Source: Acidimicrobiales bacterium (GTDB lineage: Bacteria; Actinomycetota; Acidimicrobiia; Acidimicrobiales; SZUA-35). Taken from it: a stretch of 64,000 nucleotides of DNA. Below, piece by piece: positions 18,986 through 29,000 of this stretch (positions are counted from its first letter, which is position 1; the number at the start of each line of letters is the position of its first letter). A program made the position numbers and the translations under genes. The stretch spans positions 1,248,315-1,312,314 of the forward strand of contig CBDHES010000002.1 of NCBI GenBank assembly GCA_965262175.1. The letters run 5' to 3'. The notes under the pieces were generated by a model, which saw only the letters and a list, made by a program, of their open reading frames with translations, was not told the origin of the DNA and made no database searches.

Positions 18986-20242
18986 ATGGTGGCCTCCCAC
19001 TATGTCGTCGAACGGCCGTACACCCCGGCCGAAGTGGCGACGATCGACCTAGCCGAACCCCTCCCCAGCTTCGAGCACGCCCCCCGGGCCCGCCTCGTCG
19101 CGCTGGTCAGAATCGGACCGCGCCCCCTCGGGGTCGTGGCGATCGACGACCGCCCGGGGCCAGACAAGCTCCGGGCCGCCATCGGTGACCAGCTCGATCT
19201 CGATCTGGACCTCGTTCTCGCGGGCGGCCCAACCATCGACCGAGCCGAGTCGGCGCCTCCATCCTCGAGGCCGTCGACGGCCATCGTCATCGCCACCCGC
19301 GATCGACCGGGCGAGCTGGCGAACTGCCTCGACTCCCTCCGCGACCTGACGCTCGTCCCCGACCAGGTCGTGGTCGTCGACAACGCCTCGGGCGACGACC
19401 GCACCCGGGCCGTCGTCGAAGGCTGGCGGGACGAGCGGCTCCCCTCGATCGACTACGTCGCCGAGCCGACCCCGGGATTGGCCCGGGCCCACAACACCGG
19501 CCTGACCCGGGTCACCACCGATGTCGCCGCCTTCACCGACGACGATGTGCTGGTCGACCGGTTCTGGCTGGCCGAGGTGATGGCCGGCTTCGACGGCGGC
19601 TCGGACGTCGGCTGCGTGACCGGCATGATCTTCCCCGCCGAGCTCGAGACGTGGGCCCAGCAGTGGGCCGAGGACAACATCGGCTTCAACAAAGGGTTCT
19701 CCCAGGCCCGATTCGATCTCGCAACCGACGGCGAGTTCGGTCCGCTCCACCCTTTCAACGCCGGCCGGATGGGCTCGGGCGCCAACATGTCGTTCCGGAT
19801 CGCAGCCCTCGACGAGATAGGCGGCTTCGATGAGGCGCTCGGGGCCGGAACCCTGGCCAAGGGCGGCGACGACCTCCACGCCTTCTACTCGGTCGTGGCC
19901 GCCGGCGGGACGCTCGTCTACCAGCCGTCGTCCATCGTCCATCACCACCACCATCGGACGATGGACGGCCTGCTCCGGCAGTACGAGGGCTACGGGACGG
20001 GCCTGACGGCCTACCTGACCAGCATCGTGGTCAACCGTCCCATCGCCGCCGCCAGCCTGGCCCGACGGTCGCCGGCCGGCGTGGCCTGGCTCCGGGATCG
20101 GGCCGGACCGGACGGCGACGCCGCCGGACGTGACGAAGATCCCGACGAGGAGATCCATCGTCAGCTCCGAGCGGCCCAGCGACGAGGCATGCTGAGGGGA
20201 CCCATGGCCTACCTCTCCAGCCTCCGCGCCAACGGCCGGTGA
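18986..20242 (+). CDS. Glycosyltransferase family 2 (GT-A fold) with N-terminal extension, paralog of 16155..17480
   Basis: TAIVIATRDRPGEL, VVVDNASGDD, FTDDDVLVD, GGDDLH. Same architecture as the upstream GT2. Confidence 0.75.
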   Translation: MVASHYVVERPYTPAEVATIDLAEPLPSFEHAPRARLVALVRIGPRPLGVVAIDDRPGPDKLRAAIGDQLDLDLDLVLAGGPTIDRAESAPPSSRPSTAIVIATRDRPGELANCLDSLRDLTLVPDQVVVVDNASGDDRTRAVVEGWRDERLPSIDYVAEPTPGLARAHNTGLTRVTTDVAAFTDDDVLVDRFWLAEVMAGFDGGSDVGCVTGMIFPAELETWAQQWAEDNIGFNKGFSQARFDLATDGEFGPLHPFNAGRMGSGANMSFRIAALDEIGGFDEALGAGTLAKGGDDLHAFYSVVAAGGTLVYQPSSIVHHHHHRTMDGLLRQYEGYGTGLTAYLTSIVVNRPIAAASLARRSPAGVAWLRDRAGPDGDAAGRDEDPDEEIHRQLRAAQRRGMLRGPMAYLSSLRANGR

Positions 20243-23200
20243 CGACGCTCACCCGAGATCAGTCCCCCGGCCCGGCCGAGCCCGACCCCGACGGTGTGCT
20301 CGCCGGGTCGCCGCCGAGCGACCCCTCGGCACCGGCAGATCGGGGTCTGGTCGGCCGGCTCCGGTTCCGCCCCGACCGCCAGTTCAGAGCCGGGATCGAC
20401 CTGGTCACCAGCTCGGCGATCGGGGCGGCGTTCGGGCTCTTGTTCTGGCTCGTGGCGGCTCGGGCCTTCGACGAGGCGACCGTGGGGGTCAACGCCGCCC
20501 TCATCAGCACGATGATGCTGGTGGCCGGGCTCTCCAGCCTCGGCCTGCCGACCGCGCTGGTCCGCTTCATCCCGGCCTTCGGCGGCCGATCGGGGGCCCT
20601 CATCGCCCGCTCCTACGCGGTTGCGGTGGCGATCACGGTGCTCCTCGCGACCGGCGTGGCCATCGGCCTCGGCCGATTCTACGAAGAGCTGACCCTCCTC
20701 CGGAGCCCAGTGGGGGTGGTCGCCTTCGTCGTCGCCTGCGCGGCATGGCAGGTGTTCGTGCTCCAGGACAGCGCCCTGGTCGGAATCGGCCAGACCCGGG
20801 TGGTCCCGGTCGAGAACGCGGTGTTCTCCATCGCCAAGCTGGCGATGTTGGCTGCGGCGGTCGTCGTGATCCCCCGGTGGGGCATCTTCGCCGCCTGGGT
20901 GGCGCCGCTGGCGGTGATCATCGTCGCCGTCAACCTGATCATCATCCGCCGGCTCCCGACGACCCGGGGCGATGCGGTCGAGGGGCTGGGTACCGGCGAT
21001 CTGGTCCGGTTCTCGATCTGGGAGCACGTCTCGGCGCTCACCTGGATCGGGGCGATCGGCGTCCTCCCGCTCGTCGTCCTGGCCCGGTTGGGCGACGAGG
21101 CCAACGCCTTCTATTCGCTGAGCTGGGCCATCGCCTACAACCTGATGCTGGTGTCGGCCAACATCGGGACCGCGTTCATCGCCGAAGCGGCCAACGACCC
21201 CGACCGGCTGGCCGCCCAGCGGTCGTCGGCCACCCGCCAGGCCGTGGTCCTGGTCGTACCGGCCGCGCTGGTGGCCGTCGTGCTGGCCCCCCAACTCCTC
21301 TCGGTCGTCGGGGGTCGATACGCCACCGAGGGGGTGACGGTCCTGCGGCTCCTGCTGTTGGCCGGCATCGCCCACATCCCGGTGGCGATAGCGATGGCGT
21401 CGCTCCGGGCCCAACGACGAGTGGGGGCGCTCGTCGGCGTGGCCTCCCTCGAGGTCGGCCTCGTCGGGGTGATCTCGGCCGTCGCCATCGGACCCCTGGG
21501 GGTTGCCGGGGTGGGGCTGGCGTGGCTGGTCGCGGAGTCGATCGTCGCCACGGCGTTGGTGGCCAGGCGGTTCCGCCACCGGCTGACCCCGATCGTCGAG
21601 CCGATCGGGCGCCGATTGGTCGACCTGGTCGCCGGGACCGACGCCCGCCGCCGGACCCGATTGGAGTGGGTCGGCCTGGTCGGCATTGCCGCCCAGGCGG
21701 TCATCATCGCCCTGATCGGGCTGTCGGAAGTCCGCGACGACCGTCTGAGCGACATCGGCCTGGTGTCGGTGGTGTCACCGCTGACCGTGGCCGCCATCCC
21801 CGTCGTGGTGGTGACCGCGGTGCTGGCCATCGACCGTCAGATCCTGCGCGAACGCCTGGCGGCGGCCCATGTGGCGGCGGTGGTGGCAGCCCTGTCGGCC
21901 GCGCCGTCGGTGGCGTACGAGACGGTGCGCTACCCGTGGGCGTTCAAACACATCGGGATCGTCGATTTCATCGTCCGCAACGGCCGGGTCGATCGGCACA
22001 TCGAAGAGCTGAACGTCTACCACAACTGGCCGGGGTTCTTCGGGGGCTACGCCTCGATCACGGCCCTCTCCGGGCTCGACAACGCCATCCCCCTGGCGCT
22101 GTGGGCGCCGGTGACGTTCAACATCATCCTCCTCGGGGGCCTGGCCCTCACCCTGCGCCAGCTGAGCTCGTCCCGCCGGGCGGTGTGGTTGGGCTGCCTG
22201 CTCTTCTTCCTCACCAACTGGATCGGCCAGGACTACTTCGCGCCCCAGGCCCTGGCCGTCGCGCTCTACCTCCTGATCGTCGGCACCGTGCTCCGCTACT
22301 ACCGACGCCACCGATCGGCGGATCCGTCGATCGTCTCCCATCTGGCGCTCGGCCTGGCGATCGTCGCCATGGTGATGAGCCACCAGCTCACGCCGTTCTT
22401 CCTGCTGGCGGCGCTGGCCGGTCTGGCCGTGATCGGCCAGATCCCCTATCGGCTCCCCGTGCTGGTCGCCGCGACCATCGGGGCCTGGGCGTTGATCGGT
22501 GCCCTCCCCTTCGTGGTCGCCAACGTGACGGTCTACCTCGAGACCCTCGGCTCGCCATCGTCCAACGCCGCCGGCTCGTTCGGTCTGGCCGCCGAGCGCA
22601 GCGAGGGGCAGGCACTGGTGGCGCTGGCCGGGCGGATCCTGATCGCCGCCGTCGGGGCCCTGGCCGTGGCCGGGGGGCTGCTCGCCTTCCGCCGACCCGA
22701 CCGGGACCTGGCGCCCTACGTGCTGGCCGCCGCGCCCGCCCCCGGGCTGTTCCTCGCCTTCGGCGGCGAGATCCTGTTCCGGGTGGTGCTGTTCACCCTG
22801 CCGATCCTGGCCCTGTTCGCCGCCCAGGCGTTGCTGAGCATCCGCCCCCACGCCCTCCGCCTGCTGGCCACGCTGTCGCTGTCGCTCGCCGCCCTCGTGC
22901 CGTTCAGCCTGGCGTACTACGGCAAGGACAGCTTCTACACGTTCTCCGCCGCCGAGGTGGAGCTGGTCGGTGACCTGGCCGAACAGGCGCCGACGACGTC
23001 GCTGCTGATCGAAGGCACCCGCAACTACCCGGCCCAGTACGTCGACTACGAGAAGTTCGTCTACGTTCCGATCAACCACGAGCCGACGACGACGATCACC
23101 CAGATCGAGGCCGATCCGGCCGAGGTGCTGTACGGGTGGATGACCGACGACGCCTTCGCCGCCGCCTACGTGCTGCTGACCGATTCCCAGCAGGCGGAGA

Positions 23201-23328
23201 CCGAGGCGGTCGGCTCGCTCCCGCCGACGTTCCTGCCGGCGCTGGAGCAGGCCCTACGGGACGACCCCCGGTTCACGGTGGCCCTCGAGAACGACGCCGG
23301 GGTCGTGTTCACCCTCGCCGACCGATGA
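20239..23328 (+). CDS. Large polytopic membrane protein: N-terminal Wzx/MOP-type polysaccharide flippase-like half fused to a C-terminal GT-C/Wzy-like polytopic half plus a ~150-aa soluble tail
   Basis: 1029 aa. The first ~480 aa have 12-14 TM helices in the style of a polysaccharide biosynthesis protein. The second half has a further ~10 TM helices with WPGFFGGY and NWIGQDYFAPQAL motifs. The start overlaps the upstream GT2 stop (ATGA). Confidence 0.6.
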   Translation: MTTLTRDQSPGPAEPDPDGVLAGSPPSDPSAPADRGLVGRLRFRPDRQFRAGIDLVTSSAIGAAFGLLFWLVAARAFDEATVGVNAALISTMMLVAGLSSLGLPTALVRFIPAFGGRSGALIARSYAVAVAITVLLATGVAIGLGRFYEELTLLRSPVGVVAFVVACAAWQVFVLQDSALVGIGQTRVVPVENAVFSIAKLAMLAAAVVVIPRWGIFAAWVAPLAVIIVAVNLIIIRRLPTTRGDAVEGLGTGDLVRFSIWEHVSALTWIGAIGVLPLVVLARLGDEANAFYSLSWAIAYNLMLVSANIGTAFIAEAANDPDRLAAQRSSATRQAVVLVVPAALVAVVLAPQLLSVVGGRYATEGVTVLRLLLLAGIAHIPVAIAMASLRAQRRVGALVGVASLEVGLVGVISAVAIGPLGVAGVGLAWLVAESIVATALVARRFRHRLTPIVEPIGRRLVDLVAGTDARRRTRLEWVGLVGIAAQAVIIALIGLSEVRDDRLSDIGLVSVVSPLTVAAIPVVVVTAVLAIDRQILRERLAAAHVAAVVAALSAAPSVAYETVRYPWAFKHIGIVDFIVRNGRVDRHIEELNVYHNWPGFFGGYASITALSGLDNAIPLALWAPVTFNIILLGGLALTLRQLSSSRRAVWLGCLLFFLTNWIGQDYFAPQALAVALYLLIVGTVLRYYRRHRSADPSIVSHLALGLAIVAMVMSHQLTPFFLLAALAGLAVIGQIPYRLPVLVAATIGAWALIGALPFVVANVTVYLETLGSPSSNAAGSFGLAAERSEGQALVALAGRILIAAVGALAVAGGLLAFRRPDRDLAPYVLAAAPAPGLFLAFGGEILFRVVLFTLPILALFAAQALLSIRPHALRLLATLSLSLAALVPFSLAYYGKDSFYTFSAAEVELVGDLAEQAPTTSLLIEGTRNYPAQYVDYEKFVYVPINHEPTTTITQIEADPAEVLYGWMTDDAFAAAYVLLTDSQQAETEAVGSLPPTFLPALEQALRDDPRFTVALENDAGVVFTLADR

Positions 23329-24149
23329 GGCCGTGGTTGGCGCTCTGGGCGCTGGCGATCACCGTCGTCGGCGGTGTGGCGGTCCTGGTCGGCGTGCCCC
23401 CGGTCGTCGGCCTTCCGGCGGTGATCGGCGCCCTCCTCGTCGCCCCCGCCCTCGCCGCGGCCCGCCATCTCCCCGACGAACGGGTCCTCGACCTGGTCGC
23501 CCTGGTGACCATGTTCTCGATCGGGCTCCTCGTCGTCGTCTCCGGGTTCCTGGCCCTGCTGTCGGCCTGGTCGGGGAGCACGGCGCTGTTCATCATCGGC
23601 CTCGTGACCGTCACCCTGGCCCTCGCTCCGACACCCGGATGGGCCGACCGCCTGACCGGCCTCCCGCCGGTCAGGGACGACGAGGTCACCGTCCGCGTCC
23701 TGTGGTTCGACGGCCGCCTCTTCTGCCAGCTGTCGGTCGATCGGGTCTCGGGGGCGATCGTCGGCCTCGACCTCGGCCGCCATCCGAACCCGGCGTGGGC
23801 CACCGCCATGCCGACCACGGCCGCCCGGGCCGGCGTGATCCACGGCCAGACGGCGATCGAGGCGCTGATCGAGCACCACCCGACCCGCCACCGCAGAGGG
23901 CGGCTGCTGATCGACATCGAGCGTCAGCCCCGGCTGAGCCGAACCGACGACGAGCTCTACCTCTGGCTCGGTCCCGACATCGACGACCGCAGCCTCGACG
24001 ACGCAACGATCCACCACTGGGTGGTGGGGACCGTCCGGGACCGGCCGGTCGCGTTCGGGCTCACCCGATCCCGGGAACCGGTGGTGATCCGGGTCGGGCC
24101 GGAGGGCGGCGAGCAGCCGTGGGGGGCCCGCAGCGAGGTCCGTACCTAG
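23325..24149 (+). CDS. Hypothetical membrane protein (4 N-terminal TM helices, soluble C-terminal domain), translationally coupled to 20239..23328
   Basis: ATG 23325 overlaps the upstream stop (ATGA). Hydrophobic N-terminus, protein-like composition. Confidence 0.45.
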   Translation: MRPWLALWALAITVVGGVAVLVGVPPVVGLPAVIGALLVAPALAAARHLPDERVLDLVALVTMFSIGLLVVVSGFLALLSAWSGSTALFIIGLVTVTLALAPTPGWADRLTGLPPVRDDEVTVRVLWFDGRLFCQLSVDRVSGAIVGLDLGRHPNPAWATAMPTTAARAGVIHGQTAIEALIEHHPTRHRRGRLLIDIERQPRLSRTDDELYLWLGPDIDDRSLDDATIHHWVVGTVRDRPVAFGLTRSREPVVIRVGPEGGEQPWGARSEVRT

Positions 24150-24159
24150 ACTCCGGGCC

Positions 24160-25152
24160 ATGTCGGACATCGAGCACGGATCCCTCGACACCAACGGGAT
24201 CACCATCCACTACGCCAGCCAGGGCGACGGTCCCCTCGTGGTGCTCTGCCACGGCTTCCCCGAATCGTGGTACTCCTGGCGCCATCAGCTCCCCGCACTG
24301 GCCGAGGCCGGCTACCGGGCGGTCGCCCCGTCGATGCGGGGCTACGGCAAGACGAGCGCCCCGACCGAGATCGAGCACTACTCGCTCCCCTACCTCGTCG
24401 GCGACATGGTCGGCCTGGTGCAGGGGTTGGGCGAGTCGTCGGCGGTGATCGTCGGCCACGACTGGGGCGCGCCGGTCGCCTGGTACTCGGCCCTGATGCG
24501 CCCCACCGTGTTCCGAGCCGTCGCCGGGCTCAGCGTGCCGGTGACCCCACCGATCGGAGGCCTGCCGGAACCGATGACGGTCAACGACCTGATGCGGCTG
24601 GAGGCGGGCGACGACCGGGACTACTACCGCCTCTACTTCCAGGAGCCGGGCAAGGCCGAGGCCGAGCTGGAGGCCGACATCGAGGCGTCGGTCCGGGGGT
24701 TCCTCTACACCATCTCCGGCGACGCGGTGGCCAACGGCGACCGGGCGACGCCGTGGGACGGTCACTTCCCGGCCGGCGAGCGGGCGGTCGACCAGCTCAT
24801 CGTGCCCGACACGCTCCCGCCGTGGCTGACCGACGATGACGTGGCGGTCTACGTCGAGGAGCTCAGAGCAAGCGGCTTCCGGGGCGGGCTGAACTGGTAC
24901 CGCAACATCGACCGGCTCCCCGGGGCGCTCGCGCCGTGGGTCGGCGCCACCATCGACCAGCCGTCGCTCTACATCGGCGGCTCGGCCGACCTGATCGCCG
25001 GCAACACCCCGGAGGCGATCGCCACCATGCAGGGGACGTTGGGCGACCTGCGCCACTGCGAGGTCATCGAAGGCGCCGGACACTGGATCCAGCAGGAGCA
25101 CCCGGAAGCGGTCAACGCGGCGTTGATCGCGTTCCTGGCCGGTCTCGGGTAG
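24160..25152 (+). CDS. Alpha/beta hydrolase fold protein (epoxide hydrolase/haloalkane dehalogenase-like)
   Basis: HGFPESWYSWRHQ, nucleophile elbow GHDWGA, and a C-terminal GAGHWIQQE catalytic His region. Confidence 0.85.
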   Translation: MSDIEHGSLDTNGITIHYASQGDGPLVVLCHGFPESWYSWRHQLPALAEAGYRAVAPSMRGYGKTSAPTEIEHYSLPYLVGDMVGLVQGLGESSAVIVGHDWGAPVAWYSALMRPTVFRAVAGLSVPVTPPIGGLPEPMTVNDLMRLEAGDDRDYYRLYFQEPGKAEAELEADIEASVRGFLYTISGDAVANGDRATPWDGHFPAGERAVDQLIVPDTLPPWLTDDDVAVYVEELRASGFRGGLNWYRNIDRLPGALAPWVGATIDQPSLYIGGSADLIAGNTPEAIATMQGTLGDLRHCEVIEGAGHWIQQEHPEAVNAALIAFLAGLG

Positions 25153-26068
25153 CGCCACCGGGCTCCGGCGGACCGTCGACGACCTTGCGGATCTCGCCGG
25201 TGATCACATCGGTGATCACGTCGTTGATGATCGACCGCCGGGCCCGGGAGATCCCCCATCGCTGACCGAGGACGTGGTTGACGGTCCCCCCGATCAACAG
25301 GACCTGGGCCGACAGCCAGATCCAGGTCAGGGCCAGGAGGCTGGCGCCGACCGCCGCGGTGACGTCGTTGGCTCCCGAACTCAGCGAGATGTACCACCCG
25401 TAGCCGCCCGACAGCAGGCGCCACAGCACCGCGGCGGTGATGGCGCCGGGGAGGTCGTACCGCCAGGCGCTGCGCCGCGACGGCCCGAAGTGCAGCAGGG
25501 TCGAGGCCCACGCCACCAACACCGCCATCCCGGCCACCCATCGGGCGCCGTCCTCGAAGATCCCGTCGGGGAACCGGTCCCACACCAGCCGATCGAGGAC
25601 CACCAGACCGACCGGCACCGTCAGGCTGCCCAGGCCGAGCAGGGTGGCCACGATCCGGGTGTGATACCAGGCCCGCCCGTGCTCGATCTCATAGATGTCG
25701 TCGAGGGCCCGCATCAACCCGGCGAAGCCTCGTCCCACCGACCACACGGCGACCAGGATCGAGACGGCCAACAGGCCGGAGTTGGGCCGCTGGTCGAACA
25801 GCGCCCCCACCGTGTCCTGCACGCCGCTGGCCTCGGCGGTGAACACCCGGGCCACGAAGGCCCGCACGTCGTCCTCGATCTCGGCCTGGAAGCCGATGCT
25901 GGCCACCCGTTCCAGGGGTCGGAGGGCCGCCAGGAGCGCGAGGGTGGCGGCGGGGAGCGAGACGAGAATCCAGAACGTGACCCCGGCCGCCAGATCGCCG
26001 ACCCCGCCCCGATACCAGCGCACGGCGACGGCGACGACGACATGGCGTACCGCGGCGAGACGCTTCAC
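25112..26068 (-). CDS. YihY/BrkB (virulence factor BrkB, formerly RNase BN) family membrane protein
   Basis: Six TM helices and a YihY-like pattern (GVTFWILVSLPA, AVLWRLLSGGYGWY). A GTG start at 26068 overlaps the stop of the upstream giant gene (GTGA). The table ORF extends further, to 26200. Confidence 0.7.
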   Translation of the reverse strand: MKRLAAVRHVVVAVAVRWYRGGVGDLAAGVTFWILVSLPAATLALLAALRPLERVASIGFQAEIEDDVRAFVARVFTAEASGVQDTVGALFDQRPNSGLLAVSILVAVWSVGRGFAGLMRALDDIYEIEHGRAWYHTRIVATLLGLGSLTVPVGLVVLDRLVWDRFPDGIFEDGARWVAGMAVLVAWASTLLHFGPSRRSAWRYDLPGAITAAVLWRLLSGGYGWYISLSSGANDVTAAVGASLLALTWIWLSAQVLLIGGTVNHVLGQRWGISRARRSIINDVITDVITGEIRKVVDGPPEPGGATRDRPGTRSTPR

Positions 26069-29000
26069 CCTGTCGAGGATGGACCGTGCCGGAGGGCCAC
26101 CGCTACCTCCTCGATCGCCGCCACCACCCGGGTGGTGGGGTCGCGATCGTCGCCCCCGAGACGTTGCTGGCGCCGGAACGTGGCGACGATGTCGTCCCAC
26201 CGCTCTCGGCCGGCGCCGTCCAGCCGACCCCGGAGCTCGTCGAGCTTGAGCAGGTTGGCCTCGGCGGCGCCGGTCAGCGACTGGGACTCGGCGAGGTAGT
26301 GCTCGTCGATGATCGCCTCCACTTCCGCCTCGGTCATCGCCGGGAGCAGCTTCGACGCCATCCGGACCATGTTGCGATAGGAGCCCTGGAGGAGGAACGG
26401 GGGCTCGGTCCGGTAGCGATCGTCGGTGGCGGCCGAGGCGATGTACTGCCGGTTGACCGCCAGGACGACCGCCTGAACCCGGCGGAGGTGGGCGATGACG
26501 GCGACGACCTCCCCCAGCTCGGCCGACGAGTAGGCGTGGGTCAGCCGGCTCTCGTCGACGTCGGCCAGTCCGGCCCGGAGCAACTCGTCGAGATCGGCCC
26601 GGTCCCGACCGACCAACGGCGCGAGGATCGGGTTGGCCCCGAGGGCGTTCTCCAGATAGCTGCGGGCGAAGAGCTCGTCGTTGCCGGACACCACGTCGCC
26701 GAGGTTGTAGGTGTCGGCCCGGTTGGCCAACATGTCAGGCACCCGGAACCGCTCGCCCGACTCGGTGTAGGGGTTGCCGGCCATCACGACGGCGAACCGC
26801 TTGCCCCGGAGGTCGAAGGTGGTCGCCTCGCCGTCGATGACCCCTTCGATCCGCCGCTGGGCGTCGCACAGCGAGATGAACCGCTGGAGCAGCTCGGGGC
26901 TGGTGTGCTGGATGTCATCGAGGTACAGCATCACGTTCGATCCGAGGGCGAAGGCCAGGTTGATCCGCTCGATCTCCCGGGCTGCGGTGGCGCTCGGGGC
27001 CCGGGCCGGATCGAGCGACGTGACCTCGTGGCCCAGGCCGGGGCCCGACACCTTGACCAGGGCCATGCCCAGGCGGTCGGCCACGTAGTCGACCAGGGTC
27101 GTCTTGCCGTAGCCGGGGGGCGACAGCAACATCAACAGGCCGCTCCGGGCTCCTGACGCGTCGTCGACGGTGCCGATCTGGCGGGCCAGGTTGTCGCCGA
27201 TCAACGGGAGGTAGATCCGGTCGATCAGCTGGTTGCGGACGAAGCCCTCGGGAACCCGGGGTTGGAGGTCGTCCAGTCGATAGGTGGTGGCCAGCCGCGC
27301 GAGGACCGCCCGTCGGGTGGCGGTGAACGCCCGGTGGGCGGGGATGGACTCGTGGCGGTGGTCGTCGACCGCGGCCAGCAGCTCGTCGACCCGGACCGCC
27401 AGCCGGCCGTCCGAGATCGTCGGGTGCTGACCGGCCAAGCCGTCGACGGCGACGGCCAGGTCGACGTCGATCGACCGTCGGGCCAGTTCGGGGGTGACGA
27501 GCTCGGTGACGACGTCGTCGACCAGCTCCGGGGGACAGTCCCGGGCGACGTAGCCGGCGATCAGGGCCCGGGTCCCGTCGGGGTCGGCGTCGAGATGGGT
27601 CAGGGCGGCGGCCACCGCAGCCTGTCCGGCGACCTCGACCGCTCGGGCCGAGGCCAGCCCGGGGCGGGCGAAGACGGGGCCACCGCCGCCGGTGGCTCCG
27701 GCCGGGGCCGGGACGACCAGCTCGGCCATCAGGTACCGGGCGTCGGTGGGGGCCAGGTCGACGTCTCGGCGGAGGTCGTCGGCCAGCTCGGCGATCGCCT
27801 CCGGGCCGACGTCGAGCTCGGCTGCGGCCCGACCCCGGGCCGCCCAACGGGTCCGGGCGGCGTCATCGAGGTGGCGGGCCCAGGCCCAGATCGCTCGGCT
27901 CCGGGCCGCGGCGGTGGTCACCAGGGGCCCGGCGGCCAGCGCCGGGCCGGCCAGGGCGGTCAACAACCGGGCCGCGTCGAGATCGTGGACGCCTCGGTCA
28001 TAGCCCTCGTCGAGCCGGTGGTCGACCGCGTCGCGGACCAGTCGCAGGGCGGTCTCGCTCGGGTCGGCCCCTCGACCGTCACCCCCGGCCACGGCCTCCA
28101 GGACGTCCCGTCCCTCCGGGGCGGGCCGACGGAGCAGGTCGAGGAGGAGGTCTCCGGCCAGGAACGCCGCCCGGTACAGCGCCGGGGTCTCCGATGGCAG
28201 CGGCCGATCCCACAGCTCCCGATGCCCGACCAGGTCGGGGTCGTCGACCGCGACCCGGAGGTCGGTGCCCGACAGGACCGCTTCGAGCCGGTCGCCGTCG
28301 TTGACCACGGTCAGCTCTCGGGGCCGGCTCTCGACGCTGAACCGGTGCCGGCCGAGGCGGATCGCGTCCCCGTCGTAGAGGTCGATCCGGTCCCGGACCG
28401 CCCGGAGGGCGCCGTCCCGGACGGCCCCCAGTCGAGACTGGAGCTCGTCGGCCCGGACCGGCTCGCCCAGGTCCCGGAGCTGGTCGACCAGGCTCCGGAC
28501 CCGTCCCACCATCGGGTCGGCGGCGAAGAACCCGTTGACCTCGTCGACCCCGGGGAGGTCGGCGCCCCGATCGGCGACCCGGTCGAGGGTCCGGGCGCCG
28601 GCCGTCACCAACCGGTCGGCGGTCCGCTGGCGCTCGTCGATCAGCTGCTGGCGCTTTCCCCCGATCGTCTCCAGGAGCTGATCCCGGCGGGCGGCCAGCT
28701 CATCGAGCTGGGCGTCGGTCCGAGGCCCCGAGGATTCGAGCTGCTCCAGCTGGAGGAGCAGGCGGGCCAGGGCGTCGTCGCACGCCTCGGGGGTGTCGAC
28801 CCGGGCCACCACCGCAGCCAGGGTCTGGCCGTAGAGCCCGAGCTCGGTGGCGAAGGCGGCGCCGGTCTCGGCCTCGATCAGGGTCGCGGTTCGCCCTTCG
28901 AGGGCGGCTCGGACCCGGTTCAACTCGGCCAGCACGCCCGACACCTGCTCCAGGACCGCGGTGCGGTCCCGGGGGTCGGCCACCACGAGATCGCCGACGG

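Noticed and set aside
14003-20242. Mycofactocin (mft) cluster hypothesis based on an LldD-like FMN dehydrogenase (MftD-like) near GT2 glycosyltransferases (MftF-like)
   Set aside because: There is no radical-SAM MftC, no MftB chaperone, and no small MftA precursor ORF (IDGMCGVY-type C-terminus) in the vicinity. The GT2 genes are separated from the dehydrogenase by unrelated genes.
20209-23079. Several long ORFs (20209..21579 -, 20745..22973 +, 21775..23079 -, 21135..21830 -) overlapping the flippase-fusion gene
   Set aside because: The chosen frame encodes a continuous series of hydrophobic TM helices. The competitors are Arg/Gly/Asp/Pro-rich frames without features.
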